This document shows positions 8,682 to 17,932 of a stretch of DNA of 39,512 nt, one piece after another. Below the pieces are notes generated by a model. That model was given only the letters and a program-made list of their open reading frames with translations, did no database searches and was not told the origin of the DNA. Made by a program: the position numbers and the translations under genes. The DNA is from an uncultured Deinococcales bacterium (GTDB taxonomy: Bacteria > Deinococcota > Deinococci > Deinococcales > JAAFIG01): contig CAXTKV010000010.1 in assembly GCA_964244895.1 (NCBI GenBank), forward strand, positions 12,053 to 51,564, in the 5' to 3' direction. The first letter of the stretch is position 1, and the number at the start of each line of letters is the position of its first letter.

Positions 8682-9857
8682 ATGCAACTGACCGTGATCG
8701 TGCTGGATTCCGTGGGCGTGGGCGCGTTGCCGGACGCTGCAAGTTTCGCCGCCAGCCCAGAACACCCGCAGGGTGATGCGGGTTCGCACACCGTCAATCA
8801 CGTGCTGGAGCGTTCAGGTGTGCGGTTGCCGAATCTCGAGGCGTTGGGATTGGGGCACGTTCCAACCGTAACCGCAACCCGCGCGCCGCGCCCGACGGGC
8901 GCGTTCGGTCGGATGCGCGAGCGGTCGTTGGGCAAGGACACCAGCACGGGCCACTGGGAGTTCATGGGCGTGATCCTCGAGCATCCGTTCCAGACGTTCC
9001 ACGATGGTTTCCCGTCCGCCGTGATGGACGCCTTCAGCGCGGCGATCGGTACGGGCTGGTTGTGCAACAAACCGTATTCGGGCACGGACGTGATCCGGGA
9101 TTTCGGCCAGGAGCACCTGAAGACGGGCTTCCCGATCGTGTACACCAGCGCGGATAGCGTCTTTCAGATTGCGGCGCACGTCGATAAAACCCCTCTGGAG
9201 AGGCTGTACGACTGGTGCGAGAAGGCCCGCGCGATCCTTCAGGGCGAATACGCCGTGGCTCGCGTGATCGCGCGTCCGTTCAAGGGCGTTCACCCTTTCG
9301 ATCGCGTGAACGAGGCTCGCAAGGATTTCAGCCTCGAGCCGCCGCGCACCGTGCTGGACGCGTTGATTGATGCGGGCAGGGACGTGATCGGGTTGGGCAA
9401 GATTCCGGATATTTACGCCAACCGGGGCTTCACGAAATCCATTCACACCGACAACAACGCGGACGGCATCAAAAAATTGCTCGAGGTCATGCGCGAGGGT
9501 TTCGACGGGTTGGCGTTCCTGAACCTGGTGGATTTCGACGCGAAGTTCGGGCATCGGCGCGACGTGGCGGGTTACGCCAACGCGCTGGCCGAGTTCGATG
9601 CGGCACTCCCAGAGATTCTCGAGAATGTGCCGGACGATGGTGCGCTCGTGATCGTGTCCGATCACGGCAACGATCCGACCTGGTTTGGGTCGGATCACAC
9701 CCGCGAGCACGCGATGCTGCTCGTCCATCGTCCTGGGCACGAAAACATCGACCTGGGCGAGCGCGAGAGCTTTTCTGATCTGGGCGCGAGCGTGGCGGAA
9801 GCGCTGGGCGCGCGCTGGGACGGCCCCGGAAAGAGCTTCTGGTCGCTGATTCGTTGA
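8682..9857 (+). CDS. deoB: phosphopentomutase
   Basis: [72 protein letters not shown]. Leaderless TACGCT-N6-ATG. Confidence 0.96.
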   Translation: MQLTVIVLDSVGVGALPDAASFAASPEHPQGDAGSHTVNHVLERSGVRLPNLEALGLGHVPTVTATRAPRPTGAFGRMRERSLGKDTSTGHWEFMGVILEHPFQTFHDGFPSAVMDAFSAAIGTGWLCNKPYSGTDVIRDFGQEHLKTGFPIVYTSADSVFQIAAHVDKTPLERLYDWCEKARAILQGEYAVARVIARPFKGVHPFDRVNEARKDFSLEPPRTVLDALIDAGRDVIGLGKIPDIYANRGFTKSIHTDNNADGIKKLLEVMREGFDGLAFLNLVDFDAKFGHRRDVAGYANALAEFDAALPEILENVPDDGALVIVSDHGNDPTWFGSDHTREHAMLLVHRPGHENIDLGERESFSDLGASVAEALGARWDGPGKSFWSLIR

Positions 9858-9869
9858 CGGGAATCCAGT

Positions 9870-9918
9870 AGAACACCTTCCCACACGCATATTTTGGTTC
9901 GCGCACCGGACGGTGTCC
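9870..9918. repeat. repeat family A, copy 8 (degenerate)
   Basis: agaacaccttcccacacgc ... gcgcaccggacggtgtcc. Confidence 0.7.
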
Positions 9919-9975
9919 CCGAACATGCTCAAGCATTGCGGGATGCTCGAATGCTTCACCCATAGACGCGTTCTC

Positions 9976-10000
9976 GTAGGCGCGAACCTCGTGTTCGCCC
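9976..10000 (+). repeat. GTAG-type REP sequence
   Basis: GTAG-GCGCGAAC-ctcgt-GTTCGCCC: GTAG tetranucleotide followed by an imperfect palindrome. Confidence 0.75.
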
Positions 10001-10037
10001 CGTCTGGACGGGCGTTCGCAGAAGATCCGTTCTGATT

Positions 10038-10478
10038 TCAGAATCGAATGTCGTAGCGGTAGAACTCGAGATCGCGCCTCCAACCGAGCTTCTCGTAGAG
10101 CGCTTGCGCGGGTAGGTTGTCGGTCGCGGTGCGCAGGTGCAACCCAATCGAGCCGTCTTCTCGCGCCATTTCGGTGGCTTCTCGGATCAGCGCCTCGCCG
10201 ATACCGCGCCCTCGGGCTTCTGGGGTCACGAACAGATCGTTCAGCAACCAGATCGCGCCCATTGCGACGCTGGTGAAATGCTTGTACAGCAGCGTGAAAC
10301 CGACGGCGCTCGCACCGTCCAGCGCGATGAAAACCGTGCATTCATCGCGCTCCAGTCGTTCGCGCAGGTACGCGCGGGCGGCGTCCGGGTTGGGGGCGCG
10401 CTTGTAGAACTGTCGGTAGGCGTCGAAGAGCGGCGCGAGTTGCTCGAGGTTTGACGCGTCTGCGCGGACGATGTTCAT
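10038..10478 (-). CDS. GNAT family N-acetyltransferase
   Basis: LFDAYRQFY, WLLNDLFVTPEARGRGIG (acetyl-CoA motif A), TATDNLPAQALYEKLGW. TAAGCT-N5-ATG. Confidence 0.92.
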   Translation of the reverse strand: MNIVRADASNLEQLAPLFDAYRQFYKRAPNPDAARAYLRERLERDECTVFIALDGASAVGFTLLYKHFTSVAMGAIWLLNDLFVTPEARGRGIGEALIREATEMAREDGSIGLHLRTATDNLPAQALYEKLGWRRDLEFYRYDIRF

Positions 10479-10529
10479 GCTCGAGCTTAACGTCTACGAC
10501 GGCTCGTGCATCCTGATTTCTCGAGATGA

Positions 10530-10559
10530 GAAAGGGGCGCGACGAATCGCGCCCCTTTC
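10530..10559 (-). terminator. intrinsic terminator-like hairpin after the lipoprotein gene
   Basis: Perfect 13-bp stem gaaaggggcgcga/tcgcgcccctttc with a TTCG loop on the minus strand; short U-tract. Confidence 0.7.
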
Positions 10560-10576
10560 GTGCAGTTCGACGCACC

Positions 10577-11647
10577 TCAGGGCGTTCTGACGAGCAACTG
10601 CCCGTTGGCTTTGTTGATCACGCGCACGCTCGAGAAGTTCGTGCCGTCCACGCGTACGGAGACGTACGGGCTGGTCAGGGATTGCGTCAGGATGGCTCCG
10701 GCGGCGGGTTCGCGCAGGTTGACTTCGATGCTCAGCACGTCCCCGTCGAGCTTGACTCCGGCCACGGCGATGCCGTACCCGCCGGTGGGTTTCTGGCCCT
10801 GGAAGATGGTCACGACCCTGGAGCGGTTGAAGTCCACGCTGGGCGGCGTGGGCGCGGGCGATTGGTTACCGCCGACGATGTTCCAGGTTTGCGCGAGGCT
10901 GGCAGCGCTGGCGTCCAGGCGCACGCTGGGTTCGGTGCTCACGTAGGCGCTATTGCCGCCCGAGCCGATGGCGTCGTATTTGAGGGCGCTTCCAGCGGCG
11001 AACACGCCCAGCACGTCGGTCGGCAACCCGACCTGAACGTAGAGCGCGGTGCGGCGGTACTGGCGGGGTTGCGGGTCGAAGCGCAAAGGCTGATCTGGCG
11101 CGGCCTGAAGCGGCAGGAGCGCCACACCGACGGCTCCCTTGCTGGCCAGGTAACCCGCCAACGCGTCCGCTTCGGCGTCGGAGAGCTGGCCCACGCCGCG
11201 CAGCCCGGTGCGGGCTTTGGCGGGCACGCGCAGTTTCATGTCGGCGTTGGTCACGCCGGTCACGTCCAGCCAGTTGCGCCCATCGTAGGCGTAGACGCCT
11301 TCCAGTCCGGCGCGGGTAGTCAACGATAAATCCCCGGAGAACGGGATCGTGGCGAGCGAGAAAACCTCGCGGATCGGGGCGGTCTTGAGTTGCAGCGTGG
11401 GTTTGCCGCCGACGCTGAGCGCGGTCGGGACGGCCAGCGGGCCGACGGCAGGTTTGCTCGAGACTTCGTACTGCGCGCCGTCGATGCTGAGGGTCGCGCC
11501 CTGGCTTTCCGATGATCCGTACAGGATCACGTGGCGTTCACCGAGGCCGTAGAGCAGAATTTCCGAGGTGTCCAGGTTGTTCACTCCCGTCGCGGCGCAC
11601 CCGCCGAGGGTCAGGCCGAGCGCGGTCAGTCCTAGAAATAGTTTCAT
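10577..11647 (-). CDS. lipoprotein with C-terminal PrcB-like domain
   Basis: Lipobox LGGC after a hydrophobic leader; C-terminal GQKPTGGYGIAV...VNLREP...TQSLTSPY typical of PrcB_C. AGGAGG SD. Confidence 0.8.
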   Translation of the reverse strand: MKLFLGLTALGLTLGGCAATGVNNLDTSEILLYGLGERHVILYGSSESQGATLSIDGAQYEVSSKPAVGPLAVPTALSVGGKPTLQLKTAPIREVFSLATIPFSGDLSLTTRAGLEGVYAYDGRNWLDVTGVTNADMKLRVPAKARTGLRGVGQLSDAEADALAGYLASKGAVGVALLPLQAAPDQPLRFDPQPRQYRRTALYVQVGLPTDVLGVFAAGSALKYDAIGSGGNSAYVSTEPSVRLDASAASLAQTWNIVGGNQSPAPTPPSVDFNRSRVVTIFQGQKPTGGYGIAVAGVKLDGDVLSIEVNLREPAAGAILTQSLTSPYVSVRVDGTNFSSVRVINKANGQLLVRTP

Positions 11648-11843
11648 TCAATCCTCCTGAGACGCATCGTATGCGCGAGGCTCGAGTGTGGCGTTAGCAT
11701 CGCGTGAATGAAAGTTTAAGCCTACGGGCTGGGGCAGTAACCCGGAGGGATTCGGGTTCGAGCGTCTGGAGGTATCCGGCTCGGGCGGGCTGGGCGGGCG
11801 GTTGATTGCAGGGTGCGGAGTTCTCAGGCTTTGAGCTTCGAAT

Positions 11844-11898
11844 AGACCGTCCAGCACGGTGCTTTTGCAATTTAATAGATTGTGTCCTGGACGGTTCT
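11844..11898. repeat. repeat family A, copy 9
   Basis: agaccgtccagcacggtgct ... gtgtcctggacggttct. Confidence 0.8.
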
Positions 11899-12003
11899 TT
11901 TTGCTAGACCCTGAGCCGTCTCGAGAAGCAGGGGTGGCGGGTGCGAGCTGCACTTTGGCGCAGGGATGACAGTCGGTTGACGATGGTTTTAAATAATGAA
12001 TCC

Positions 12004-12534
12004 ATGATGGACTCTCGGGACAGGGTGGGCATGGGAAACCACTACATCGTGAAAATTCCGTTTCGGACTTCGGGTCGCATCGAGATCGAGTTTTCACCTG
12101 ATGGCGCCTGGAGGTGGGCCGGGGTCGGGCTCGTCGTCGCGTCCCTGGCTGGCTCGGTCATCATCGCGTCGACCCAGCCGGAGATCGCGCTGCTCAACCC
12201 GGCGACCTGGCTGGTCGGGCTGGTCGGTGCGGGCTTCGGGGTGCTGATCGCTGGAAAGAACAGCACCTGCCTGAGCCTTGATCTCACGAGCAGCAGCGTC
12301 GTGGTCGAGGATCGAGTGTTGGGAATCTGGCCGCGCCGGGTCTCGTACCCGTTCCAGCAAGTCGAAGCCCTGGGGCTGGAACGCGCTCACGACAGCGACG
12401 ACGGGGAGCAGGATCATCTGGTGTTGCGTTTACACTCAAAGCCGCCTGTGAAGATCCTGAACTTGTACGCCACCGCGACGCTCGAGCAGCGAGAGGCTGT
12501 TCGATTGGCGCAAAATCTGCTCGAAGGCGCGTGA
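12004..12534 (+). CDS. hypothetical 2-TM membrane protein with beta-rich soluble C-terminus
   Basis: Two hydrophobic helices followed by a soluble domain. Start uncertain (12004, 12007 or 12031). Confidence 0.6.
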   Translation: MMDSRDRVGMGNHYIVKIPFRTSGRIEIEFSPDGAWRWAGVGLVVASLAGSVIIASTQPEIALLNPATWLVGLVGAGFGVLIAGKNSTCLSLDLTSSSVVVEDRVLGIWPRRVSYPFQQVEALGLERAHDSDDGEQDHLVLRLHSKPPVKILNLYATATLEQREAVRLAQNLLEGA

Positions 12535-12731
12535 ATCGAGGCTTGGGCGGGGGTTTAACGCCCTCCACAAGTCAAAAAATTTGTTCCTGAATGGACTTCT
12601 GGCGACCCAGAACCATTCCTGAGCCGTTTCGGGATTCCCGAGACGATTGTTGTGTTCCCTGGGGCTGTTCTTCAAGATTTCGCGCCGAGATTCATTGTCG
12701 AGCGTGGGGGTTTTCAGGTATTGGGCTCTGA

Positions 12732-12789
12732 GAAGACCGTCCTGAAGGGCGGTTTAGCGATCCGATAAACCGCGTCCTGGACAGTCTTT
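12732..12789. repeat. repeat family A, copy 10
   Basis: gaagaccgtcctgaagggcggttta ... taaaccgcgtcctggacagtcttt. Confidence 0.7.
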
Positions 12790-12972
12790 CTAATTGAAAT
12801 GCCGAAGCGCACCGATGCGCTGGGGCTCGTGCGGGCTCGAGGTCAAACCCTGAAGTGAGTCACTTTTTCTGAAGCTGTGAGGTTTTTGTGAGTGTTTCTT
12901 TGCAGAATGAAAGTCACAAGCGATTCCTCAACCAACCGCAGCATTCCACCCCAACCACAAAAGGAGACAGCC

Positions 12973-13335
12973 ATGCTCGAACCGAAAGCACTGACCATTT
13001 CTGATCGACCCGGCTCAGATCGGACCAACAACCGCAGCCTGACCCTCGAGGGCGAGCTTGGGCTCGAAGCGCTCGACCTGACCGGAGCCAGGCTGCAATG
13101 CGCCGGACGCCTGTTCGTGCTGGTCGCAGGGCGCACCACCAGCTTCGACCCGAACACCCTGGAAGTCACGGGCTTGCTGAACGTGATCTCCAGCGCCAGG
13201 CTGTCCAGTCTGCGCCCACCGGCGACCCTGCGGCTGCGCAACCTGGAACTGGCGATCAACCTGATGCAATCGCGCCAGGCGGAACTGTTGGGCGAACAAT
13301 CGGTGCGCTTCACCGCGCAACTGCGCCGCATCTGA
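12973..13335 (+). CDS. hypothetical protein, paralogue 1
   Basis: AAGGAG SD before ATG 12973; aligns without gaps to the next ORF. Confidence 0.75.
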   Translation: MLEPKALTISDRPGSDRTNNRSLTLEGELGLEALDLTGARLQCAGRLFVLVAGRTTSFDPNTLEVTGLLNVISSARLSSLRPPATLRLRNLELAINLMQSRQAELLGEQSVRFTAQLRRI

Positions 13336-13490
13336 AACCCAGACCCGAGCCCGCTCGTTACGAATCACCCGAAGACCGCTACCAATTGTGCAAGACTGAA
13401 CGCGAAACGGGTCAAAAAGACGAATCGCACCGATTGACTTCTGAAATAATCCACTGTACCGACGTATCATCCAATCCGAAAGGCGCGGCC

Positions 13491-13877
13491 ATGAGTGAGT
13501 TCCGCAAAACCCAGCCCTCCAACCCGACCCGCATCCTGCCTGCCAACCGCACGCAAGAACTGATCGACCTGGCGGGCGGCACCCTCGAGCAGGCGGGGCG
13601 GCGGTTCACCATCACGAGCGGCCAGATCACGCATTTCGACGAGCAGACCAACGAGGCCAGGGGCGAACTGACCCTGAAAACTTCCGCGCGGCTGTCGCTC
13701 TTGGCGGGTCGGATCAAGATCAGCATTCACCAGCTCGAGTTCGAGTTGCAGATGCTCAAAAGCGTCGTCGCTCCCACGCGCGGCGAGGTCAGCATGCGCT
13801 TCATGGCCTGGTTGCGTCCGTCCATCAAGGCCATCAAGCACGACGCGGACGCCCTGCGGGAACTCGTTCAAGGCTAA
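13491..13877 (+). CDS. hypothetical protein, paralogue 2
   Basis: GAAAGG SD before ATG 13491; 35/87 identical residues to paralogue 1 by manual alignment; followed by a terminator. Confidence 0.75.
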   Translation: MSEFRKTQPSNPTRILPANRTQELIDLAGGTLEQAGRRFTITSGQITHFDEQTNEARGELTLKTSARLSLLAGRIKISIHQLEFELQMLKSVVAPTRGEVSMRFMAWLRPSIKAIKHDADALRELVQG

Positions 13878-13889
13878 AGGCCAACATTG

Positions 13890-13925
13890 AAGACCGCCTT
13901 CCGGCACGCGGAGGGCGGTCTTTTT
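13890..13925 (+). terminator. Rho-independent terminator
   Basis: aagaccgccttccg-gcacg-cggagggcggtc-ttttt; lies between convergent genes. Confidence 0.85.
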
Positions 13926-13935
13926 GGTCACGGCT

Positions 13936-14322
13936 TTAACTGGTGGCTTTGATCGCGAAAACCTGATCCAGAATCGTGCTCAAGCGGGCTCGCGTGAACC
14001 CGCGTTTGCCCTCGAGCAAGCCCTGATCCCCGGCGTGCAAGTGCCATTCCTGGTGCGCGCCCATCAGACGCAAGTGAATGGATTTCAAGGGTTCGTGCAG
14101 CGGACTGACGCTCGCCAGGATGATCGGTGTGCCATCCGCCAGGCCGAGCGACACGGCCTGAATCGTGGTCGGCAGCGCGTAATCGCGCTCCATGCGGTAA
14201 ATGTACTTGGTGAAATCGGATTCCTTGTCGAAGCGCAGGTTGTTCTGGCTGGCGTAATCGCTCAACCAGCCCAGCAGTTCGACCCATTGCGTGTAGAGTT
14301 TCGCGTCGTTTGCGTGCGCCAT
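13936..14322 (-). CDS. nqo15: NADH-quinone oxidoreductase subunit 15 (frataxin-like)
   Basis: LY.QWVELL.W...YA....RF.KE.DF..YIYRMER.Y.LPTTI...SL....G.P..LA.VSP.H matches Thermus Nqo15 as I recall it. Confidence 0.9.
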   Translation of the reverse strand: MAHANDAKLYTQWVELLGWLSDYASQNNLRFDKESDFTKYIYRMERDYALPTTIQAVSLGLADGTPIILASVSPLHEPLKSIHLRLMGAHQEWHLHAGDQGLLEGKRGFTRARLSTILDQVFAIKATS

Positions 14323-14404
14323 CGTGGGTGCAATCTAACACCCGCGCCCACCACCGGGGTCTTCTCGAGCGCACGAATGGCCTACAGCGGAACTGACGGC
14401 GCGA

Positions 14405-14468
14405 GAAGACCGTCCTGAGCACAAAAGTGAAATTTCGGGAACACCGTCTAGCACGGTGTTCCCGAAAT
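14405..14468. repeat. repeat family A, copy 11
   Basis: gaagaccgtcctgagcac followed by the perfect-stem hairpin atttcgggaacaccgt-ctagc-acggtgttcccgaaat (14432-14468). Confidence 0.85.
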
Positions 14469-14523
14469 GGCATCCACCAAAAAACCGAGCCGGAATGAAC
14501 CTGACTCGATCCACGAGACCAAT

Positions 14524-14898
14524 TTACTTGCTCGACTGGGCTTTCATCAAGTCGCGCATTTCCTTGAGGTACTGCTCGCTCGGCGGCGGCGGCGTGTTGG
14601 CCGCCATCTGCGCAGCCATCGCGCCGAACGGACGGACGATGAAGAAATACGCGACTGCGCCGATCAGGACGAAATTGATGATTGCGCTGATCAGCACGCC
14701 GAGCGGGAACGGCCCAACGGCGACCGTGTTAAAAGACTTGGCAGGATCGCTGCTGCCGAACAGCAAGGCGATCAATGGATTGACGATGGCCACGAGAAAA
14801 GCATCCACGATCTTGCCAAAGGCCGCCCCGATGATCACGCCGACCGCAAGATCAACAACGTTGCCCTTCAACAAAAAATTCCTGAACCCCTCCAGCAT
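14524..14898 (-). CDS. mscL: large-conductance mechanosensitive channel
   Basis: MLEGFRNFLLKGNVVDLAVGVIIGAAFGKIV...IINF...YFFIVRP...L.EMRDL. GAAGG SD before ATG 14898. Confidence 0.95.
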   Translation of the reverse strand: MLEGFRNFLLKGNVVDLAVGVIIGAAFGKIVDAFLVAIVNPLIALLFGSSDPAKSFNTVAVGPFPLGVLISAIINFVLIGAVAYFFIVRPFGAMAAQMAANTPPPPSEQYLKEMRDLMKAQSSK

Positions 14899-15179
14899 AA
14901 GAACCCCTTCCTTCACCCCAAGAGACGAGAACGAATTGCTCGAAGATTGCAAGCCCAGCTTGAGCGAAATAGCGCTTTCGCTTGATGGCCTCGAGACCAT
15001 GTTGACCCATGACACCCTAAATTGCAAGTGCAATCACTTTTTGATCGCCCGCGTTTGGGACGTCATCGAGGCATCGTGGTCGCGCCCAAGGCAGCTTGCT
15101 GGAAGTTTGTGAAATCAACGTAAATCTATTGTCATCCTGCTTCAGGTCGCCTCAAACAAACCCAAAAGTTGCTTTTGGA

Positions 15180-15764
15180 TCAGCTCGGCTCGAGCCCGAC
15201 CGCGAAGAGTTCACCACCGCGCGCCTCGAGTTGCAGACGCGGCAGGGGTTTGAGCGCCGGACCGGAGACGCTTTTTCCGGCCTGTTCGGGGTCAAAAGCG
15301 CTGTAATGGCAGGCGCAGCCCAACACCGGGTGATTTTCTGGCGGACGGTATTTGTAGGCGATGGCCGCCACTTCCGGGCTGGTGATGTAGGTACAGACGC
15401 ATTGCAGGTGCGTGCAGACCCTGGAAAGCGCCACGAAATGCGCGCCTCCGAGACTGATGCCACCCGGTTGAATCGCAGCCGTGCGGATCAGAATCGCGGG
15501 CGTGCTGGCGGTCGCGCTGCCGATCTTGACCGGGTAATCGAAGCTTCTGGCATCCCAGACGTTTTTCAGATCGCTGGCTCGAGCAACGCGGAAAGGCTGA
15601 CCAGCCCTGAAGCTCGGCGCACCGACGGACGGTTTGCCCAGCAGGATGTTGAAGGAACGCTGCGCAAACCACGCGAAGAACCCGAACGCGCCCGCCACGG
15701 GCACGACCCACCAGAACTCGAGCAGTCTGCGGCGCGTGATGGTGCGGGTTTCGGGTTCACTCAT
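15180..15764 (-). CDS. Rieske [2Fe-2S] protein with Tat-like leader
   Basis: TRRRLL plus TM helix; SRVCTHLQC and CACHYSAFD boxes; GPA..PLPRL. Start set at ATG 15764. Confidence 0.9.
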   Translation of the reverse strand: MSEPETRTITRRRLLEFWWVVPVAGAFGFFAWFAQRSFNILLGKPSVGAPSFRAGQPFRVARASDLKNVWDARSFDYPVKIGSATASTPAILIRTAAIQPGGISLGGAHFVALSRVCTHLQCVCTYITSPEVAAIAYKYRPPENHPVLGCACHYSAFDPEQAGKSVSGPALKPLPRLQLEARGGELFAVGLEPS

Positions 15765-15821
15765 CGGTTCAAAGGATACAGGCTGCGCGAGGCTCGAGAT
15801 ACCAGCGCCCGGATACAACGA

Positions 15822-15870
15822 GAGGACATCGTCCTGGATGGCCTCGGGTCGACACTGTTCAGGACGGTCT
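15822..15870. repeat. repeat family A, copy 12 (degenerate)
   Basis: gaggacatcgtcctggatggcctc ... gacactgttcaggacggtct. Confidence 0.65.
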
Positions 15871-16960
15871 ATTTCAGGTGCGTGACGTAAGACACCAGAT
15901 CCTGAAGCTCTTTGGGACTGAACTTCTTGAAGGCGGGCATCTTGGCGTTCTTTGAACCGTTCTCGATCTGGTTCGCGACGAAGGCACGGTCTTTGGCGTT
16001 GGTGGAGGTTCTGAGGTTCGGCCCGACCAAGCCTGGCGCGTTCGCGCCGTGGCAACTGGCGCAATTCTGGGCGAAGAGTTGCTCGCCGGGATCGGTCGTG
16101 CCGAGTTGCTTGCGGGCGGCGGCGATCAGTTCGGGCACGCGCCCCGCATCTTCGGGTTTGACCAGCGCCATGTAGCTTTCCCAGGCGTCTATCGCGCCTT
16201 TGGCGTCCTGCTGAGAGAACAGCAAATTGCCGATGGTCATGTAGGCTTCCGGGTTCGGCTCGAGCCGGATCGAGGCGCGCAGCAACTCGAGCGCCTGCGC
16301 GTTCTGACCGCTGAAAAAGAGCACCACCCCGTAGCGCCGCACGGCGGTCGCGTTGCGCGGGTCGCGCCGCAGGATCGCACCGTAGGCGGTCGCGGCGCGC
16401 GCGTAATCCTGGAGTTTCCAGGCGGCCTCGCCGTAGTCCAAGAGGGTTTGCGTGCTCGGGCCATCCGGGTTGCTGCGGGCTTCCTGTGTGACTTTGGCCT
16501 CGAGCGCGTTCAGAATCTGTCCCTGGCGGTAGGTTTCGATCTCGCCGGGTCTGAGCGCCAGCATCTGCAACGGCGTCACGGCGAAGGCGTTGGCGGCGAC
16601 TGCCCCGATGCCCGCCACGGCCAGCACCGCCAGCGCGACCGGCCAGACGGGTTTCGAGATCGCGTGTTCAGCCTGGCGCGGCGCGGGTGGTAAGTCCGCG
16701 ATCTTTTCCAGGATCAGGGCGGCGCGCGTCTCGTCTCGCAAGCGCAAACGCTGGTAATCGGCGGCATCGATCAAGCCTTGCTCGCGTTCCATCTCGAGAT
16801 CGCGGATGCGCTTGTAGATCGTGTCGCGCTCTTCCTCAAGTTCCAGGCGTTGGATTTCCGAAACCGATTGCGTCTGGTCGCGCCGCAGTCCTGGACGCAG
16901 CGCGTAAACCGTCAAGCCAACCGCCAGAAGAATGCCCAGGATGATCCATACGCTCAACAT
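15869..16960 (-). CDS. CcmI/CycH-like TPR membrane protein fused to a C-terminal cytochrome c domain
   Basis: TM, coiled segment (IRDLEMEREQGLID..DY), second TM, TPR repeats, then GEQLFAQNCASCHG...GPNL...MPAF (CxxCH plus Met ligand). Start 16960 or 16963. Confidence 0.85.
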   Translation of the reverse strand: MLSVWIILGILLAVGLTVYALRPGLRRDQTQSVSEIQRLELEEERDTIYKRIRDLEMEREQGLIDAADYQRLRLRDETRAALILEKIADLPPAPRQAEHAISKPVWPVALAVLAVAGIGAVAANAFAVTPLQMLALRPGEIETYRQGQILNALEAKVTQEARSNPDGPSTQTLLDYGEAAWKLQDYARAATAYGAILRRDPRNATAVRRYGVVLFFSGQNAQALELLRASIRLEPNPEAYMTIGNLLFSQQDAKGAIDAWESYMALVKPEDAGRVPELIAAARKQLGTTDPGEQLFAQNCASCHGANAPGLVGPNLRTSTNAKDRAFVANQIENGSKNAKMPAFKKFSPKELQDLVSYVTHLK

Positions 16961-16967
16961 CATCACC

Positions 16968-17423
16968 TCAGTTGTCCAATCCGCCCATGTCCGAGCTGCC
17001 CGAGTTGGAATCGCTCGGGTCAGCGCTTTCCAGTCCGCCCATGTCTGAACTGCTCGAGAAATCTGCACCGTTCTCGTCCAGGCCAGCACCATCCGGGCCG
17101 GGCGAGATCGCCGTGGGCGCATCCGGTTGAGGATCGGTGCGTTCCCAGTCGGCGGGGATCGCATTCATCTCTTTTTCAGCGCGGCTCAAGTCATCGTATG
17201 TATCGCTGAACGCGGGATTGCTGTACGAACGAACCGTCCTCTGGTTGGCTCGAGATTTGGGTGCCCGAGGTTCGCCGGGCGCGTCCTGAGACCAGATCGC
17301 GAAGCCCGATTCGCTTTGCTCGGATGGCTGATGATCCGCGAGCCGAGTGATCCACCGACCGAGCGCAAAAATCACGCCCAGAAACGCGAGCGCGAACCCG
17401 GCCATGATCACTCCAACACTCAC
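16968..17423 (-). CDS. single-TM protein with acidic low-complexity tail, between ccmH and the ccmI-like gene
   Basis: GTG 17423 overlaps the ccmH TGA. Hydrophobic N-terminus; D/S/P-rich tail with SSDMGGL twice; stop 7 nt before the next ATG at 16960. Confidence 0.6.
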   Translation of the reverse strand: MSVGVIMAGFALAFLGVIFALGRWITRLADHQPSEQSESGFAIWSQDAPGEPRAPKSRANQRTVRSYSNPAFSDTYDDLSRAEKEMNAIPADWERTDPQPDAPTAISPGPDGAGLDENGADFSSSSDMGGLESADPSDSNSGSSDMGGLDN

Positions 17424-17932
17424 TGGGGTTCTACCTTTCGCTCCTCGAGCTTGCGCGCTTCCAGGTCGCGGCGGACGCGATCCAGGGATTCCGGGCTGGG
17501 GCTGGTGGCAGCCTGAGTCTGACTGGCCCGACGCAAGTACGACCACAAGCCCGCACCACCGATCAGCACCACGAACACCGGCCCCAGCCAGACGATCAAA
17601 TTCACGCCCGATTTGGGCGGCACGAGCAAAATATCCTGCCCGTACTTGGTCACGAAATACGTCTTGATCTGGTCATCCGTGCGTCCCTGACGGATCTGGT
17701 CGCGCAGTTCGTCCATCATGGAACGCGCGAACTCGCTCGGGCTTTCCGCAATGGGTACGCCCCGGCAGACGGGGCAGCGCAACGCCTTGCCGAGTTCCTG
17801 GGTGCGCTGATCGTTCTGCGTCTGCGCGCTCGAGAACGAGAATGCAAACGTCAGCGCGAACGCCAGCACCATCAACGCCAGCACCGTCCTGGACAGCGTT
17901 TCCCGAAACAGCGTCTGGGACGGTGCGTTCAA
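17420..17932 (-). CDS. ccmH: cytochrome c biogenesis protein CcmH
   Basis: LRCPVC, IAESPS, YG.DILL.PP.SG.N..VW.GP. TTG start overlaps the upstream TGA; alternative ATG at 17872. Confidence 0.9.
   Translation of the reverse strand: MNAPSQTLFRETLSRTVLALMVLAFALTFAFSFSSAQTQNDQRTQELGKALRCPVCRGVPIAESPSEFARSMMDELRDQIRQGRTDDQIKTYFVTKYGQDILLVPPKSGVNLIVWLGPVFVVLIGGAGLWSYLRRASQTQAATSPSPESLDRVRRDLEARKLEERKVEPQ
17881..17926. repeat. repeat family A, copy 13 (inside the probable ccmH 5' coding region)
   Basis: gcaccgtcctggacagcgtt-tcccga-aacagcgtctgggacggtgc. Confidence 0.8.

Noticed and set aside
11648..11840. Possible ncRNA in the long GC-rich gap (also 12535-12730)
   Set aside because: No tRNA, riboswitch or other RNA motif was recognisable by eye; an Rfam scan would be needed.
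14899..15033. N-terminal extensions in the ORF track for mscL, the Rieske gene, the ccmI-like gene, ccmE and fadD
   Set aside because: SD position, overlaps and family N-termini favour the shorter starts given in the features.
15761..15868. Mini-ORF ending in ATGA at the Rieske start
   Set aside because: Its ATG (15829) is about 40 nt from the upstream stop, so it is not coupled; a TATCCT box suggests the Rieske gene has its own promoter.
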